Made by a program: the position numbers and the translations under genes
Shown: positions 63,900 through 64,000 of the stretch, piece after piece
How the letters are laid out: each line of letters begins with the position of its first letter
Numbering within the stretch: position 1 is the first letter of the stretch
Notes under the pieces: generated by a model
Databases searched by the model: none
Seen by the model: the letters and a program-made list of their open reading frames with translations, nothing else
What the model was told of the DNA's origin: nothing
From: Paragordius varius
Lineage: Eukaryota > Animalia > Nematomorpha
NCBI GenBank assembly: GCA_964247055.1
Contig: OZ176053.1
Location: forward strand, 8,680,001 to 8,744,000
Length of the DNA: 64,000 nucleotides
Direction of reading: 5' to 3'

Positions 63900-64000
63900 A
63901 TCCATGTTTACACAAATTTAAACTTTAAGCTGGATAAATAAATTTTTTACGGATTTTGAGGATCTAATATTGTATATTTAACGGTTATTAAATATTTATA

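Overview
Eukaryotic (animal) genomic DNA, strongly AT-rich, in two parts. (1) 1-34525 is an array of about 545 copies of a 62-bp satellite. It is built from nested recent tandem duplications (about 7.9 kb, 1791, 2532, 247, 619, 429, 777 and 434 bp). It is interrupted once by a 647-bp foldback MITE with 111-bp TIRs and a TA target duplication, whose empty site is visible in the neighbouring higher-order copy. (2) About 40770-63389 is a + strand dystrophin (DMD)-like gene. I traced 28 GT-AG exons by hand; they join in one open frame (about 1816 aa of spectrin-repeat rod) and continue past the window. No N-terminal calponin-homology exons could be found between the satellite and the first rod exon, so the array may sit inside a dystrophin intron. 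The introns carry a 2739-bp hAT (Buster-type) transposon with a perfect 8-bp TSD whose transposase is broken only by two single-T homopolymer deletions, several hAT MITEs and a 588-bp non-autonomous Helitron. Comparisons to human dystrophin are from memory and need alignment. The organism cannot be identified from the sequence alone.
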